The translations under genes and the position numbers were made by a program. Positions 1 to 9,303 of a stretch of 64,000 nucleotides of DNA are shown here, in pieces (positions within the stretch are counted from its first letter, which is position 1; the number at the start of each line of letters is the position of its first letter). The stretch covers positions 215,585-279,584 of the forward strand of contig CAWGXN010000003.1 in assembly GCA_963826605.1 (NCBI GenBank). The letters run 5' to 3'. This stretch comes from an uncultured Alphaproteobacteria bacterium (lineage in GTDB: Bacteria > Pseudomonadota > Alphaproteobacteria > MPNO01 > DASWLB01). The notes under the pieces were generated by a model. The model saw only the letters and a list, made by a program, of their open reading frames with translations. It was not told the DNA's origin and ran no database searches.

Positions 1-506
1 CGGCGCGCTGCATGAAGCGCGGCCAGTTCAAGCTCGCCTCGGGCGCGAGCTCGACCTGGTATTTCGACATGAAGCCCGCCTTGATGGACCCGGAGGGCAG
101 CTATCTCGTCGCCAGGCTGATGCTCGACGTGCTGGCCGACATCGAGGTCGATGCGGTCGGCGGGCTCGCCATGGGGGCGGTGCCGATCGCCGCCTCGATC
201 TGCACGCTGAGCCACAGCTACGGGGCGAAGCCGCTGCCGGCGTTCTTCGTCCGCAAGGAGGCGAAGGAGCGCGGCACCGAGCGGCTGCTCGAAGGCAACC
301 TCGCCCCCGGCATGACCGCCGTGGTGCTCGAGGACGTCACCACCACCGGCGGCTCGTCGATGAAGGCGGTCGCCGCGGCGCGGGAATTCGGCGCCAAGGT
401 GGCCACGATCCTGTCGGTGCTCGACCGCCAGGAAGGCGCGGCCGAGAACCTGGCGAAAGAGGGGCTGCGCCTCCGCGCCCTGTTCCAGCGCGACGATTTC
501 GCGTAG
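1..506 (+). CDS. pyrE: orotate phosphoribosyltransferase, 5' end cut by the window edge
   Basis: The frame of ORF 12..506 stays open to position 1. PRPP loop VVLEDVTTTGGS and FKLASGASSTWYFD are typical of PyrE. Confidence 0.85.
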   Translation, partial: ARCMKRGQFKLASGASSTWYFDMKPALMDPEGSYLVARLMLDVLADIEVDAVGGLAMGAVPIAASICTLSHSYGAKPLPAFFVRKEAKERGTERLLEGNLAPGMTAVVLEDVTTTGGSSMKAVAAAREFGAKVATILSVLDRQEGAAENLAKEGLRLRALFQRDDFA

Positions 507-575
507 GCCGACGTCCCCGGATAATAGCTTGTCACCCGCTTCGCGGCTTGGCCGGGGTGACAGTGGGGAACAGCG

Positions 576-821
576 ATGCGCCGGATGATCCTTTACGTCC
601 TGGGTTGCGTGGCGGTGGTCGCGCTGGCGGTCGCGATCTTCGCCGCCGCGGGCGGGGCCAGCACGGTCGGGATGACGGTGAACGGGCTGATCGCCATGGC
701 GGCGGGGATCGTGCTGTCGGTCGGGCTCGCCGTCGGGCTGATGGCGCTGGTCTTCCACTCCAACCGCTCCGGCCGGGACGAGGCGGCGAGCCGCCACGAA
801 TGGCCGGACGGCGACGGCTGA
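576..821 (+). CDS. small membrane protein, hypothetical
   Basis: 81-aa ORF with two clear hydrophobic helices. No recognisable family. Confidence 0.4.
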   Translation: MRRMILYVLGCVAVVALAVAIFAAAGGASTVGMTVNGLIAMAAGIVLSVGLAVGLMALVFHSNRSGRDEAASRHEWPDGDG

Positions 822-855
822 GGGAACCGCGCCCGGCGCGGCCCGTTTCGCTGCC

Positions 856-1536
856 ATGGCGAAAGGCTCGGACGCGGGCGGGCACATCGCGGCGCTGAAG
901 GGCGATCCCGACGAGACCGCCCAGCGCTTCGTCGCGCCGCGCGCGGGGCTTCCCGGCCTGGCCCGCGCCGCTGCCGGCTGCACCGCTTGCGACCTCCACG
1001 AACGGGCGACGCAGACCGTGTTCGGCGCGGGGCCGTCCGATGCCCGAATCGTGCTGATCGGCGAGCAGCCGGGCAACGCCGAGGATCGCGAAGGCCACCC
1101 CTTCGTCGGGCCGGCCGGCCGGCTCCTGGACAAGGCGATGGCCGACGCCGCCATCGACCGCAAGCGCGCCTACATCACCAACGCCGTCAAGCATTTCAAG
1201 TGGATCCAGCGGGGCAAGAAGCGCATCCACAGCAAGCCGAACGCCCTCCAGATCGAGGCCTGCGCGCCCTGGCTGCAGGCCGAGCTCGACGTGATCGCGC
1301 CCGCCGCGGTCGTCTGTCTGGGGGCGACCGCCGCCAAGGCGGTGCTCGGCGCGTCCTTCCGGGTGACGCGGGAGCGCGGCAAGCCCCAAGATTCCGCCCT
1401 TGCCCCCTGCGTGATCGCGACCGTCCACCCGTCCTCGCTGCTGCGCATGCCCGACCGGTCGAAGTTCGATGCCGAATACCGCCGCTTCGTCGCCGACCTT
1501 CGGGTCGCGGCGAAGGTCCTGGAGCGAAGGGGTTAG
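856..1536 (+). CDS. family-4 uracil-DNA glycosylase of the UdgX type
   Basis: Motif A GEQPG, FVGPAGRLLD, NAVKHFK followed by the loop RGKKRIHSKP (UdgX KRRIH-like), motif B HPSSLLR, and N-terminal Cys pair CTAC. Confidence 0.8.
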   Translation: MAKGSDAGGHIAALKGDPDETAQRFVAPRAGLPGLARAAAGCTACDLHERATQTVFGAGPSDARIVLIGEQPGNAEDREGHPFVGPAGRLLDKAMADAAIDRKRAYITNAVKHFKWIQRGKKRIHSKPNALQIEACAPWLQAELDVIAPAAVVCLGATAAKAVLGASFRVTRERGKPQDSALAPCVIATVHPSSLLRMPDRSKFDAEYRRFVADLRVAAKVLERRG

Positions 1537-1609
1537 GCATTGGCGCTGCGCGGAACCAAATCGCGGGCCCGCGGTTGTAGTTGTTGCTCTGCGGAGGGGA
1601 GGGACTCCC

Positions 1610-1684
1610 ATGGACGGAATTATCTACCTGATCGGCCTGATCGTCGTGATCATGGCCATCCTGTCGTTCTTCGGACTGCACTGA
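1610..1684 (+). CDS. 24-aa hydrophobic peptide, hypothetical
   Basis: ATG preceded by GGAGGGGAGGG. Product is MDGIIYLIGLIVVIMAILSFFGLH. Too short to confirm. Confidence 0.3.
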   Translation: MDGIIYLIGLIVVIMAILSFFGLH

Positions 1685-1765
1685 GGGAATCGCCCTGCCG
1701 GCGGCCAGCTCCGGGCTCCGCGCCCGGCGTGGCTGGCCATCGCGGCGTGAGGGAAGGGATCGGCC

Positions 1766-2773
1766 ATGGCCACCAAACGGCCTTACGCGGACGCCACCGT
1801 CGCCCCAGCCACCGCGGCCACGCGGCCCGGGTTGGGCATTTCGCATCTCGATTGGGGCGCCATCATCGCCGGCGCGGTCCTCGCCGCGGCGATCTCGCTG
1901 GTGCTGCTCAGCTTCGGGGCCGCGATCGGGCTCTCGGTCGCCTCCCCCTATCCCGGCGAGGGGGCGTCCAGCACCGGGTTCCTGATCGGCGTTGCCCTAT
2001 GGATGATCTGGGTGGTGGTGTCGAGCTTCATGGCCGGCGGCTACCTCACCGGGCGGATGCGGCGCACCGTCGGCGATTCCACGCCCCATGAAATCGAGGT
2101 GCGCGACGGTGCGCACGGCCTGATGGTGTGGGCGCTCGGCGTGCTGATCGCGGCGGTGCTCGGCGTCTCCGGCGTTGCGGGCATCATCGGCGTCGGCGCG
2201 TCGGCGGGCTCGGCCGCCCTCTCCGCCGCCGGCAGCCAGCCCTATGGCGATACCGGCCCGATCGGCATGGCGGTCGACGCGCTGTTCCGGCCCGCCGGTC
2301 CGGCCCCGGCCGCCGCCGCGGCCGGGTGCACGCCGGCCCAGGGGGGCGGTACCGCGCCGAGCGCCCCCGCGGGCGGAGCCGCGCCCAGCGCCACGACGCC
2401 CGCCCAGGGCGCGGGGCCGGCGGGTGCGCCCGATGTCGCGCAGACGCGCGAGGCCAAGCAGGAGGTCGGGCGCATCCTCACCGCCGATACACTGCGCGGC
2501 GACCTGCCCGCCGGCGACCGGAGCTACGTCGCCCGGCTTGTGGCGCAGCGCACGGGCCTTTCCCCGGCCGAGGCCGACCGGCGCGTGACCCAGGTGCTCG
2601 CCGAGGCGCGCCACAAGGCCGACCAGGCCCGCCAGGCCGGCGTCATCGGCGGGTTCCTCGCCGCCGCGACCCTGTTGGTCGCCGCCGCCGGCGCCTGGTG
2701 GGCGGCCGGCAATGGCGGTCGCCACCGCGACGAGAACACGGTGTTTGCCGGCTTCTTCCGCCGCCGGGTCTGA
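1766..2773 (+). CDS. membrane protein with Ala/Pro/Gly-rich linker, hypothetical
   Basis: 335-aa ORF with several TM helices at the N-terminus and one at the C-terminus, and a low-complexity middle. Confidence 0.5.
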   Translation: MATKRPYADATVAPATAATRPGLGISHLDWGAIIAGAVLAAAISLVLLSFGAAIGLSVASPYPGEGASSTGFLIGVALWMIWVVVSSFMAGGYLTGRMRRTVGDSTPHEIEVRDGAHGLMVWALGVLIAAVLGVSGVAGIIGVGASAGSAALSAAGSQPYGDTGPIGMAVDALFRPAGPAPAAAAAGCTPAQGGGTAPSAPAGGAAPSATTPAQGAGPAGAPDVAQTREAKQEVGRILTADTLRGDLPAGDRSYVARLVAQRTGLSPAEADRRVTQVLAEARHKADQARQAGVIGGFLAAATLLVAAAGAWWAAGNGGRHRDENTVFAGFFRRRV

Positions 2774-2929
2774 ACCGAGCTTTGGGCGGCGCTTGACTCG
2801 GCAATTGGCGCCGCCTAGGTTCCCGCCACCCAAGGCATAAGGCTGTTTGGTGCGCCCGAGGGTGTCCGCCGGTCCGCGCGTTGCGCGCACCGGCGCCGTA
2901 TGCGTTTGGGGGCATTGGGAAGGTTCGCG

Positions 2930-4282
2930 ATGTTCGAGTCCCTGAGCGGCAAGCTCGGCGAGGTTTTCGACAGGCTGCGCAAGCGCGGCGCGCTGACCGA
3001 GGCCGACGTGGGCGAGGCGCTGCGCGAAGTGCGCGTCGCGTTGCTCGAGGCCGACGTCGCGCTCGAGGTGGTGAAGGAGTTCGTCGACCGCGTGCGCGAA
3101 AAGGCGGTCGGCGCCGAGGTGCTGCGCTCGGTCACGCCGGGCCAGATGGTCATCAAGATCGTCCATGACGAGCTCGCCGCCATGCTGGGCGAGGATTCGG
3201 ACGGCGTCGTGCTGCGCTCGGCCCCGCCGGTGCCGATCCTGATGGTCGGGCTGCAGGGCTCGGGCAAGACCACCACGGCCGCCAAGATCGCGCTGCGCCT
3301 CAAGGACCGCGACAAGAAGAAGGTCCTGATGGCCTCGCTCGACGTGCAGCGCCCGGCCGCGCAGGAGCAGCTCGCCATCCTCGGCCGCCAGGCGGAGGTG
3401 GACACGCTGCCCATCGTCGCCGGCGAGTGGCCGGCGATGATCGCGGCGCGCGCGATGGACCAGGCACGCCGCGGCGGCTACGACGCGGTGATCCTCGATA
3501 CCGCCGGCCGGCTCCACATCGACGACGCGCTGATGGCCGAGGCCGTGCAGGTGCGCGACATCGCCAAGCCCGCCGAGACGCTGCTGGTCGCCGACGCGAT
3601 GACCGGCCAGGACGCGGTCAACGTCGCCAAGGCGTTCAACGCCCAGGTCGGGCTGACCGGCATCGTGCTGACCCGCGTCGACGGCGACGCGCGCGGCGGT
3701 GCGGCGCTGTCCATGCGCGCGGTCACCGGCTGCCCGATCCGGCTGATCGGCGTCGGCGAGAAACTCGATGCGCTGGAGCCGTTCCATCCCGAGCGCGTCG
3801 CGTCGCGCATCCTCGGCATGGGCGACGTCGTCTCGCTGGTCGAGAAGGCGGCCGAGACCATCGAGCAGGAGGAGGCGGAGAAGCTTGCCGCCAAGCTTGC
3901 CAAGGGCCAGTTCGATTTCGACGACATGGCGTCGCAGCTTCGCCAGATCCGCCGCATGGGCGGCATGGGCGGCATCATGGGATTGCTGCCGGGCGTCGCC
4001 AAGGCCAAGGCCCAGCTCGCCAACGCCAAGATCGACGAGAAGATGCTCGCCCGACAGGAGGCGATCATCGGCTCGATGACCAAGACCGAGCGCCGCAAGC
4101 CCGAGATCATCAAGGCCTCGCGCAAAAGGCGCATCGCCGAGGGCTCCGGCACCACGGTGCAGGAGATCAACCGGCTGATGAAGCAGCAGATGGAGATGGC
4201 CCGCGTGATGAAGCAGGCGAAGAAGCTGGGCCAGAAGGGACTCGCGCGGCACGGGCTTTCGGCCCTTCTGCCGCAACGGTGA
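2930..4282 (+). CDS. ffh: signal recognition particle protein
   Basis: MFESLSGKLGEVFDRL N-terminus, GTPase motifs GLQGSGKTTT, DTAGR and TRVDGD, and Met-rich M domain. The ATG at 2930 is preferred over 2900. Confidence 0.95.
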   Translation: MFESLSGKLGEVFDRLRKRGALTEADVGEALREVRVALLEADVALEVVKEFVDRVREKAVGAEVLRSVTPGQMVIKIVHDELAAMLGEDSDGVVLRSAPPVPILMVGLQGSGKTTTAAKIALRLKDRDKKKVLMASLDVQRPAAQEQLAILGRQAEVDTLPIVAGEWPAMIAARAMDQARRGGYDAVILDTAGRLHIDDALMAEAVQVRDIAKPAETLLVADAMTGQDAVNVAKAFNAQVGLTGIVLTRVDGDARGGAALSMRAVTGCPIRLIGVGEKLDALEPFHPERVASRILGMGDVVSLVEKAAETIEQEEAEKLAAKLAKGQFDFDDMASQLRQIRRMGGMGGIMGLLPGVAKAKAQLANAKIDEKMLARQEAIIGSMTKTERRKPEIIKASRKRRIAEGSGTTVQEINRLMKQQMEMARVMKQAKKLGQKGLARHGLSALLPQR

Positions 4283-4326
4283 CCAACGCAACGTAAGGAA
4301 ATCGCACCGATCTGACGCCTTCCTCG

Positions 4327-4438
4327 ATTGTCATCCCGGCCGAGCCGCGCATCGCGGCGAGAGCCGGGACCCATGCCGATACGGCACGGGATCTGCACGA
4401 TGGGCCCCGGCTCGGCTCGCTTCGCGCGCCGTCCGGGG
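4327..4438. repeat. REP-like palindromic element, family B (copy 1)
   Basis: attgtcatcccggccgagccgcgc...gagccgggacccat, followed by the inverted atgggccccggctc. The reverse complement recurs at 23368..23414. Confidence 0.5.
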
Positions 4439-4483
4439 GGACAAGAGGGGGTTTGGACGAACGCTGGAGGAAGAACCAAGCTC

Positions 4484-4938
4484 ATGTCATTGACCATCCG
4501 TATGTCCCGCGGGGGCGCCAAGAAGCGGCCCTTCTATCGCATCGTGGTGGCGGATTCGCGGAGCCCCCGCGACGGCCGCTTCATCGAGCGGCTCGGCACC
4601 TACAACCCGATGGTGCCGAAGGACCACCCCGAGCGCGTGACGCTGAACACCGAGCGCATCAAGCACTGGCTGGGCGCGGGCGCGCAGCCGTCCGACCGCG
4701 TGGCGCGCTTCCTGGGCGCGAACGACCTGGTGCCGGCGCGCGAGGTGCCGACCCAGACCAAGAAGAACCAGCCGCGCAAGCGGGCGCAGGAGCGCCTGGC
4801 CGCGGAGGCCGAGGCGCGCGCCAAGGCCGCGGCCGCGGCCGCAGCCGCCCCCGGCCGCCGAGGCACCCGGCCGAGGAGGCACCCGCCGAGGAGGCACCGG
4901 CCGCCGAGGCACCGGCCGAGGAGGAGCAGAACGGCTAG
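4484..4938 (+). CDS. rpsP: 30S ribosomal protein S16, reading frame broken near 4850-4870
   Basis: [22 protein letters not shown] after a GGAGG RBS. The Ala/Glu/Pro tail [22 protein letters not shown] with stop 4936-4938 lies in a different frame from the N-terminus. Confidence 0.85.
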
Positions 4939-4952
4939 GGACGACCACGTTG

Positions 4953-5482
4953 ATGCGGGCGGCGCGCAGGTCTGCGTCGGCGCCGTCGTCGGCGCGCATG
5001 GAGTGAAGGGCATCGTGCGGATCAGGAGCTACACGGCGGAGCCTGCGGACGTCGCGTCCTACGGGCCGGTGACCGACGAGGCGGGGCGCAGCTACGCGCT
5101 CGCGGTCGTCGGCATGGCGCGCGGGGCCGTCCTCGCGCGCATCGCCGGGATCGACGACCGCGATGCGGCCGAGGCGCTGAAGGGCGTCAGGCTCTACGTG
5201 CCGCGCGGTGCCCTGCCGGAAACGGACGCCGAGGAGTACTACCACGCCGACCTGATGGGGATGCGGGCCGAGCTGACGGACGGCACGGTCGTCGGCACGG
5301 TGGCCGCCATCGGCAATTACGGCGCGGGCGACGTGATCGAGGTCGCGCGGCCCGGCGCGCGCTCCCTCCTGCTGCCCTTCACGGCCGAGGCGGTGCCAGA
5401 GGTGGACCTCGCCGGCCGGCGGATCGTGATCGTGCCCCCCGTCGAGACCGGCGGCGTCGAAGGCGCAGGGGACGAGCGATGA
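4953..5482 (+). CDS. rimM: ribosome maturation factor RimM, start unresolved
   Basis: [22 protein letters not shown] plus a PRC-barrel C-terminus. The conserved part has no in-frame start before GTG 5003. ATG 4953 is one frame off. Confidence 0.8.
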
Positions 5483-6193
5483 CCGCCGCCTGGACCGCGC
5501 GGGTGCTGACGCTGTTCCCGGCGATGTTTCCGGGCCCGCTCGCCCATTCGCTGGCCGGTCGGGCTCTCGCCGACGGGGTGTGGGCGCTGGAGACGGTGGA
5601 CATCCGCGACTATGCGGGCGATAAGCACCGCACCGTCGACGACGAGCCGTTCGGCGGCGGGCCGGGCATGGTGATGCGGCCCGGACGTGGTGGACGCGGC
5701 GATCGCGGACGCGGCCTTTCCCGGCGCGCCGCTGATTTACTTCAGCCCGCGCGGCCGGCCGCTCGACCAGGCGCGGGTGCGCGCCCTGGCCGCGGAGCGG
5801 GCGGTCACGCTGGTCTGCGGCCGGTTCGAGGGCGTCGACGAGCGGCTTCTCGAGGCGCGCGGGATGGAGGAGATCTCGCTCGGCGACTTCGTGCTGTCGG
5901 GTGGCGAGCCCGCGGCGATCGCGCTGATCGATGCCTGCGTGCGGCTGCTGCCGGGGGTGGTGGGCGCGCAGGAATCGCTCGCCGAGGAAAGTTTCGAAGG
6001 GGGGCTTCTCGAATACCCCCACTACACGCGGCCGCAGCGTTGGGGCGGCCGCGCGGTGCCCGAGGTTCTGCTTTCGGGCCACCACGAGAGGATTCGGGCG
6101 TGGCGCCGGCACGAGGCCGAGCGTCTCACCCGCGAGCGGCGCCCCGATCTGTGGGCGCGCTATGTCGAAACGCATCGGATGGGCGAGGAGTAG
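5479..6193 (+). CDS. trmD: tRNA (guanine37-N1)-methyltransferase, frame break near 5684
   Basis: N-terminal part in ORF 5479.. ([13 protein letters not shown]...[10 protein letters not shown]). The remainder is in ORF 5687..6193 (RGRPLDQ...[10 protein letters not shown]...YPHYTRP). Confidence 0.9.
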
Positions 6194-6197
6194 GTCC

Positions 6198-6668
6198 ATG
6201 AACATCATCGAGGACATCGAGAAGCGGGAGGCCGCGAAGGTCACGGCGGTCCGCGAGGTGCCGGCCTTCGAGCCCGGCGACACGGTGCGCGTCAACATGC
6301 GCATCGTCGAGGGCACGCGCGAGCGCGTCCAGGCGTTCGAAGGGGTGTGCATCGCGCGCTCCGGCGGCGGGGTGAACGAGTCGTTCACCGTGCGCAAGAT
6401 CTCGTATGGCGAGGGGGTGGAGCGCGTATTCCCGCTGCTTTCGCCGCGCATCGCCTCGATCGAGGTGGTCCGCCGCGGCCGGGTGCGCCGGGCGAAGCTC
6501 TATTATCTGCGCGGCCTCAGGGGCAAGCGCGCCCGCATCGCCGAGCGCACCACGACGCGCGGGACCGATGCGGCGACGGCCGCCGAGGCCGGCGAGGAGA
6601 TGTTCGATGCGGCCCCCGCCCCCGAGGCCGAAACCAAGGCCAAGGGCAAGTCCAAGGGCGGGAAGTAG
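6198..6668 (+). CDS. rplS: 50S ribosomal protein L19
   Basis: [11 protein letters not shown]...[30 protein letters not shown], with a Lys/Ala-rich tail. Confidence 0.95.
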   Translation: MNIIEDIEKREAAKVTAVREVPAFEPGDTVRVNMRIVEGTRERVQAFEGVCIARSGGGVNESFTVRKISYGEGVERVFPLLSPRIASIEVVRRGRVRRAKLYYLRGLRGKRARIAERTTTRGTDAATAAEAGEEMFDAAPAPEAETKAKGKSKGGK

Positions 6669-6681
6669 AGTTGCGATTTTG

Positions 6682-6797
6682 TTCCGTTCGCCCTGAGGAG
6701 GCCGCGCAGCGGCCGTCTCGAAGGGCGAAGGGTCAGTACGATCTGGGGTTTCGTCCTTCGAGACGCGCCCTTCGGGCGCTCCTCAGGACGAACGGAG
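6682..6797. repeat. REP-like palindromic element, family C
   Basis: Long imperfect inverted repeat ttcgccctgaggaggccgcgcagcggccgtctcgaaggg / ccttcgagacgcgcccttcgggcgctcctcaggacgaa between rplS and leuC. Confidence 0.5.
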
Positions 6798-6839
6798 AGC
6801 TTTGAAAATCCCCAGCACGAGACGGAAGGAGTGCGTAGC

Positions 6840-8246
6840 ATGGCCGAGCCGAAGACGCTGTTCGACAAGATCTGGGAAAGCCACCTGGTCGATCGCCAGG
6901 CGGACGGGACCTGCCTGATCTGGGTCGACCGGCAGATCATCCACGAGATCACCTCGGCGCAGGCGTTCGACGGGCTTCGCATGAACAAGCGCCGCGTGCG
7001 CCATCCCGACGCGCAGCTCTGCGTGCCCGACCACAACGTGCCGACCGCGAACCGCGCCGGCGGGATCAAGGACGACGAGGCGCGCATCCAGATCGACGCG
7101 CTGAAGAAGAACGCCGCCGAGTTCGGCCTGCCCTATATCGACATCATGGACGACCGCCAGGGCATCGTGCACGTGATCGGGCCCGAGCAGGGCTTCACCC
7201 AGCCCGGGCTGGTGATCGTCTGCGGCGATTCGCACACCTCGACCCACGGCGCGTTCGGCGCGCTCGCCTTCGGGATCGGCACCTCCGAGGTGGAGCACGT
7301 GCTGGCGACCCAGACGCTGATCCAGGCGCCGGCGAAGAACATGCGCGTCACGGTCGACGGCGCGCTGCCGCCCGGCATCACCGCGAAGGACCTGATCCTC
7401 AAGATCATCGGCACCATCGGCACCGCGGGCGGCACCGGCCACGTCATCGAATATACCGGCCAGGCCGTGCGCGACCTCTCGATGGAAGGCCGCATGACCA
7501 TGTGCAACATGTCGATCGAGGCGGGCGCGCGCGCCGGGCTGGTGGCGCCCGACGAGAAGACCTTCGCCTATGTCGAGGGCCGGCCGATGGCGCCCAAGGG
7601 CGCGCAGTGGGAGCAGGCGCTGGCCTATTGGAAGACGCTGCCGTCCGATCCCGGCGCCAGGTACGACACCGAGGTGACGATCCCGGTCGCCGACATCCCG
7701 CCCCAGGTGACCTGGGGGACGAGCCCGCAGGACGAGCTGCCGATCACTGCCGCGGTGCCCGATCCCGACGCCGAGCAGGACGAGTATCGCCGGCGCGCGA
7801 TCACGCGCTCGCTGGAATATATGGGCCTCGAGGCCGGCACCAGGCTCACCGACATCAAGGTGGACAAGGTGTTCATCGGGTCGTGCACCAACTCGCGGAT
7901 CGAGGATCTGCGCGCCGCCGCCGCCATCGCCAAGGGCCGCAAGGTCGCCGACAGCGTGTACGCCATGGTCGTGCCGGGATCGGGCCTGATCAAGCATCAG
8001 GCGGAGGAGGAAGGGCTCGACCAGATCTTCCGCGAGGCGGGGTTCGACTGGCGCGAGCCGGGCTGCTCGATGTGCATCGCGATGAACGGCGACATGCTGA
8101 AGCCGGGCGAGCGGTCGGCGTCCACGTCCAACCGCAATTTCGAGGGGCGCCAGGGCCCCGGCGGGCGCACCCATCTGATGAGCCCGGCCATGGCCGCGGC
8201 GGCGGCGATCGCCGGTCACCTCGCCGACGTCCGGGACTACATCTAG
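6840..8246 (+). CDS. leuC: 3-isopropylmalate dehydratase large subunit
   Basis: Aconitase-family motifs ([24 protein letters not shown]). ATG 6840 has a GGAAGGA RBS. Confidence 0.95.
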   Translation: MAEPKTLFDKIWESHLVDRQADGTCLIWVDRQIIHEITSAQAFDGLRMNKRRVRHPDAQLCVPDHNVPTANRAGGIKDDEARIQIDALKKNAAEFGLPYIDIMDDRQGIVHVIGPEQGFTQPGLVIVCGDSHTSTHGAFGALAFGIGTSEVEHVLATQTLIQAPAKNMRVTVDGALPPGITAKDLILKIIGTIGTAGGTGHVIEYTGQAVRDLSMEGRMTMCNMSIEAGARAGLVAPDEKTFAYVEGRPMAPKGAQWEQALAYWKTLPSDPGARYDTEVTIPVADIPPQVTWGTSPQDELPITAAVPDPDAEQDEYRRRAITRSLEYMGLEAGTRLTDIKVDKVFIGSCTNSRIEDLRAAAAIAKGRKVADSVYAMVVPGSGLIKHQAEEEGLDQIFREAGFDWREPGCSMCIAMNGDMLKPGERSASTSNRNFEGRQGPGGRTHLMSPAMAAAAAIAGHLADVRDYI

Positions 8247-8256
8247 GAGCGCGCCG

Positions 8257-8880
8257 ATGGAAAAGTTCGACAAGCTCGACGGCGTCGCGGCGCCGCTGCC
8301 GATGGTCAATTGCGACACCGACCGGATCATTCCGGCGCGGTTCCTCAAGACCATCAAGCGCACCGGGCTCGGCAAGAACCTGTTCAACGATGTCCGCTTC
8401 AACCCGGACGGGTCGGAGAAGCCGGAGTTCGTGCTGAACAAGCCGGCCTATCGCAACGCCAAGATCCTGGTGGCGGGCCCCAATTTCGGCTGCGGATCGT
8501 CGCGCGAGCACGCGCCCTGGGCGCTGATCGATTTCGGCATTCGCTGCGTGATCTCGTCGTCCTTCGCCGACATCTTCTACAACAATGCCTTCAAGAACGG
8601 CATGCTGCTGATCAAGCTCGACCAGGCGACGGTCGAGGCGCTGATGAAGGATGCCGAGCTCGGCGCCAACGCGCGCCTGACGGTCGATCTCGAGAAGCAG
8701 GAGATCACGCGGCCCGACGGCAGCGTGGTCAAGTTCGACATCGACCCTTTCAAGAAGCACTGCCTGCTGAACGGGCTCGACGATATCGGACTCACGCTGC
8801 AGAAGGAGGCCAAGATCGCCGCCTTCGAGGCGCAGAACCGCGCCGCCCAGCCCTGGCTCCAGGGCCACGTGCGGGTCTGA
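8257..8880 (+). CDS. leuD: 3-isopropylmalate dehydratase small subunit
   Basis: [17 protein letters not shown] swivel-domain motif, immediately after leuC. Confidence 0.95.
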   Translation: MEKFDKLDGVAAPLPMVNCDTDRIIPARFLKTIKRTGLGKNLFNDVRFNPDGSEKPEFVLNKPAYRNAKILVAGPNFGCGSSREHAPWALIDFGIRCVISSSFADIFYNNAFKNGMLLIKLDQATVEALMKDAELGANARLTVDLEKQEITRPDGSVVKFDIDPFKKHCLLNGLDDIGLTLQKEAKIAAFEAQNRAAQPWLQGHVRV

Positions 8881-8886
8881 TCGCCG

Positions 8887-9303
8887 TCAGCTTGCCTCGT
8901 CCGCGGCCGCGGCCGGCTTCCGCGCGCTGGAGAGGTCCTTCCCGGCGAGCTTCGTGAACGACTTCTTGATCGTCTCGAGCTCGTCCTCGGTCAAATCCTC
9001 CAGCGTCATCAGCCGGTTGCGCGCGCGCGCGTTGATGCGGATCAGCTCGTCCAGCTTGAGCTGGATGGCCGCCGTGTCGCGGTTCTGCGTGTTCTGGATC
9101 AGGAACACCATCAGGAAGGTGATGATGGTGGTGCCCGTGTTGATCACGAGCTGCCACGTGTCCGACCAGCCGGCGAGCGGGCCGAGGCACGCCCAGACCA
9201 CGATCAGCAGCACCGCCAGCGCGAAAGTGTGGGTGCGGCCCGCCTGATGCGAGGCGGCCACCGCCAGCCGCGAGAAGACGTCACCGTTCTTGCCGTTTGC
9301 CAT
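8887..9303 (-). CDS. low-affinity iron permease family protein
   Basis: [10 protein letters not shown]...[32 protein letters not shown]...KLDELI, the C-terminal third of track ORF 8887..10719. Confidence 0.7.
   Translation of the reverse strand: MANGKNGDVFSRLAVAASHQAGRTHTFALAVLLIVVWACLGPLAGWSDTWQLVINTGTTIITFLMVFLIQNTQNRDTAAIQLKLDELIRINARARNRLMTLEDLTEDELETIKKSFTKLAGKDLSSARKPAAAADEAS

Noticed and set aside
1997-4291. A 764-aa minus-strand ORF antisense to ffh. Similar long ORFs include 4487..6451(-), 6783..8441(-), 17955..20450(-), 45460..47802(-), 50477..52597(-), 14666..17041(+) and 22975..26838(+).
   Set aside because: They have Arg/Ala/Gly/Pro-rich composition and no motifs, and each overlaps a clearly conserved gene in another frame. 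Long open alternate frames are typical of very GC-rich DNA.
4328-5482. A 384-aa S16-RimM fusion protein
   Set aside because: The linker is an out-of-frame reading of a repetitive acidic S16 tail that has its own stop at 4936-4938. The apparent fusion comes from indels.
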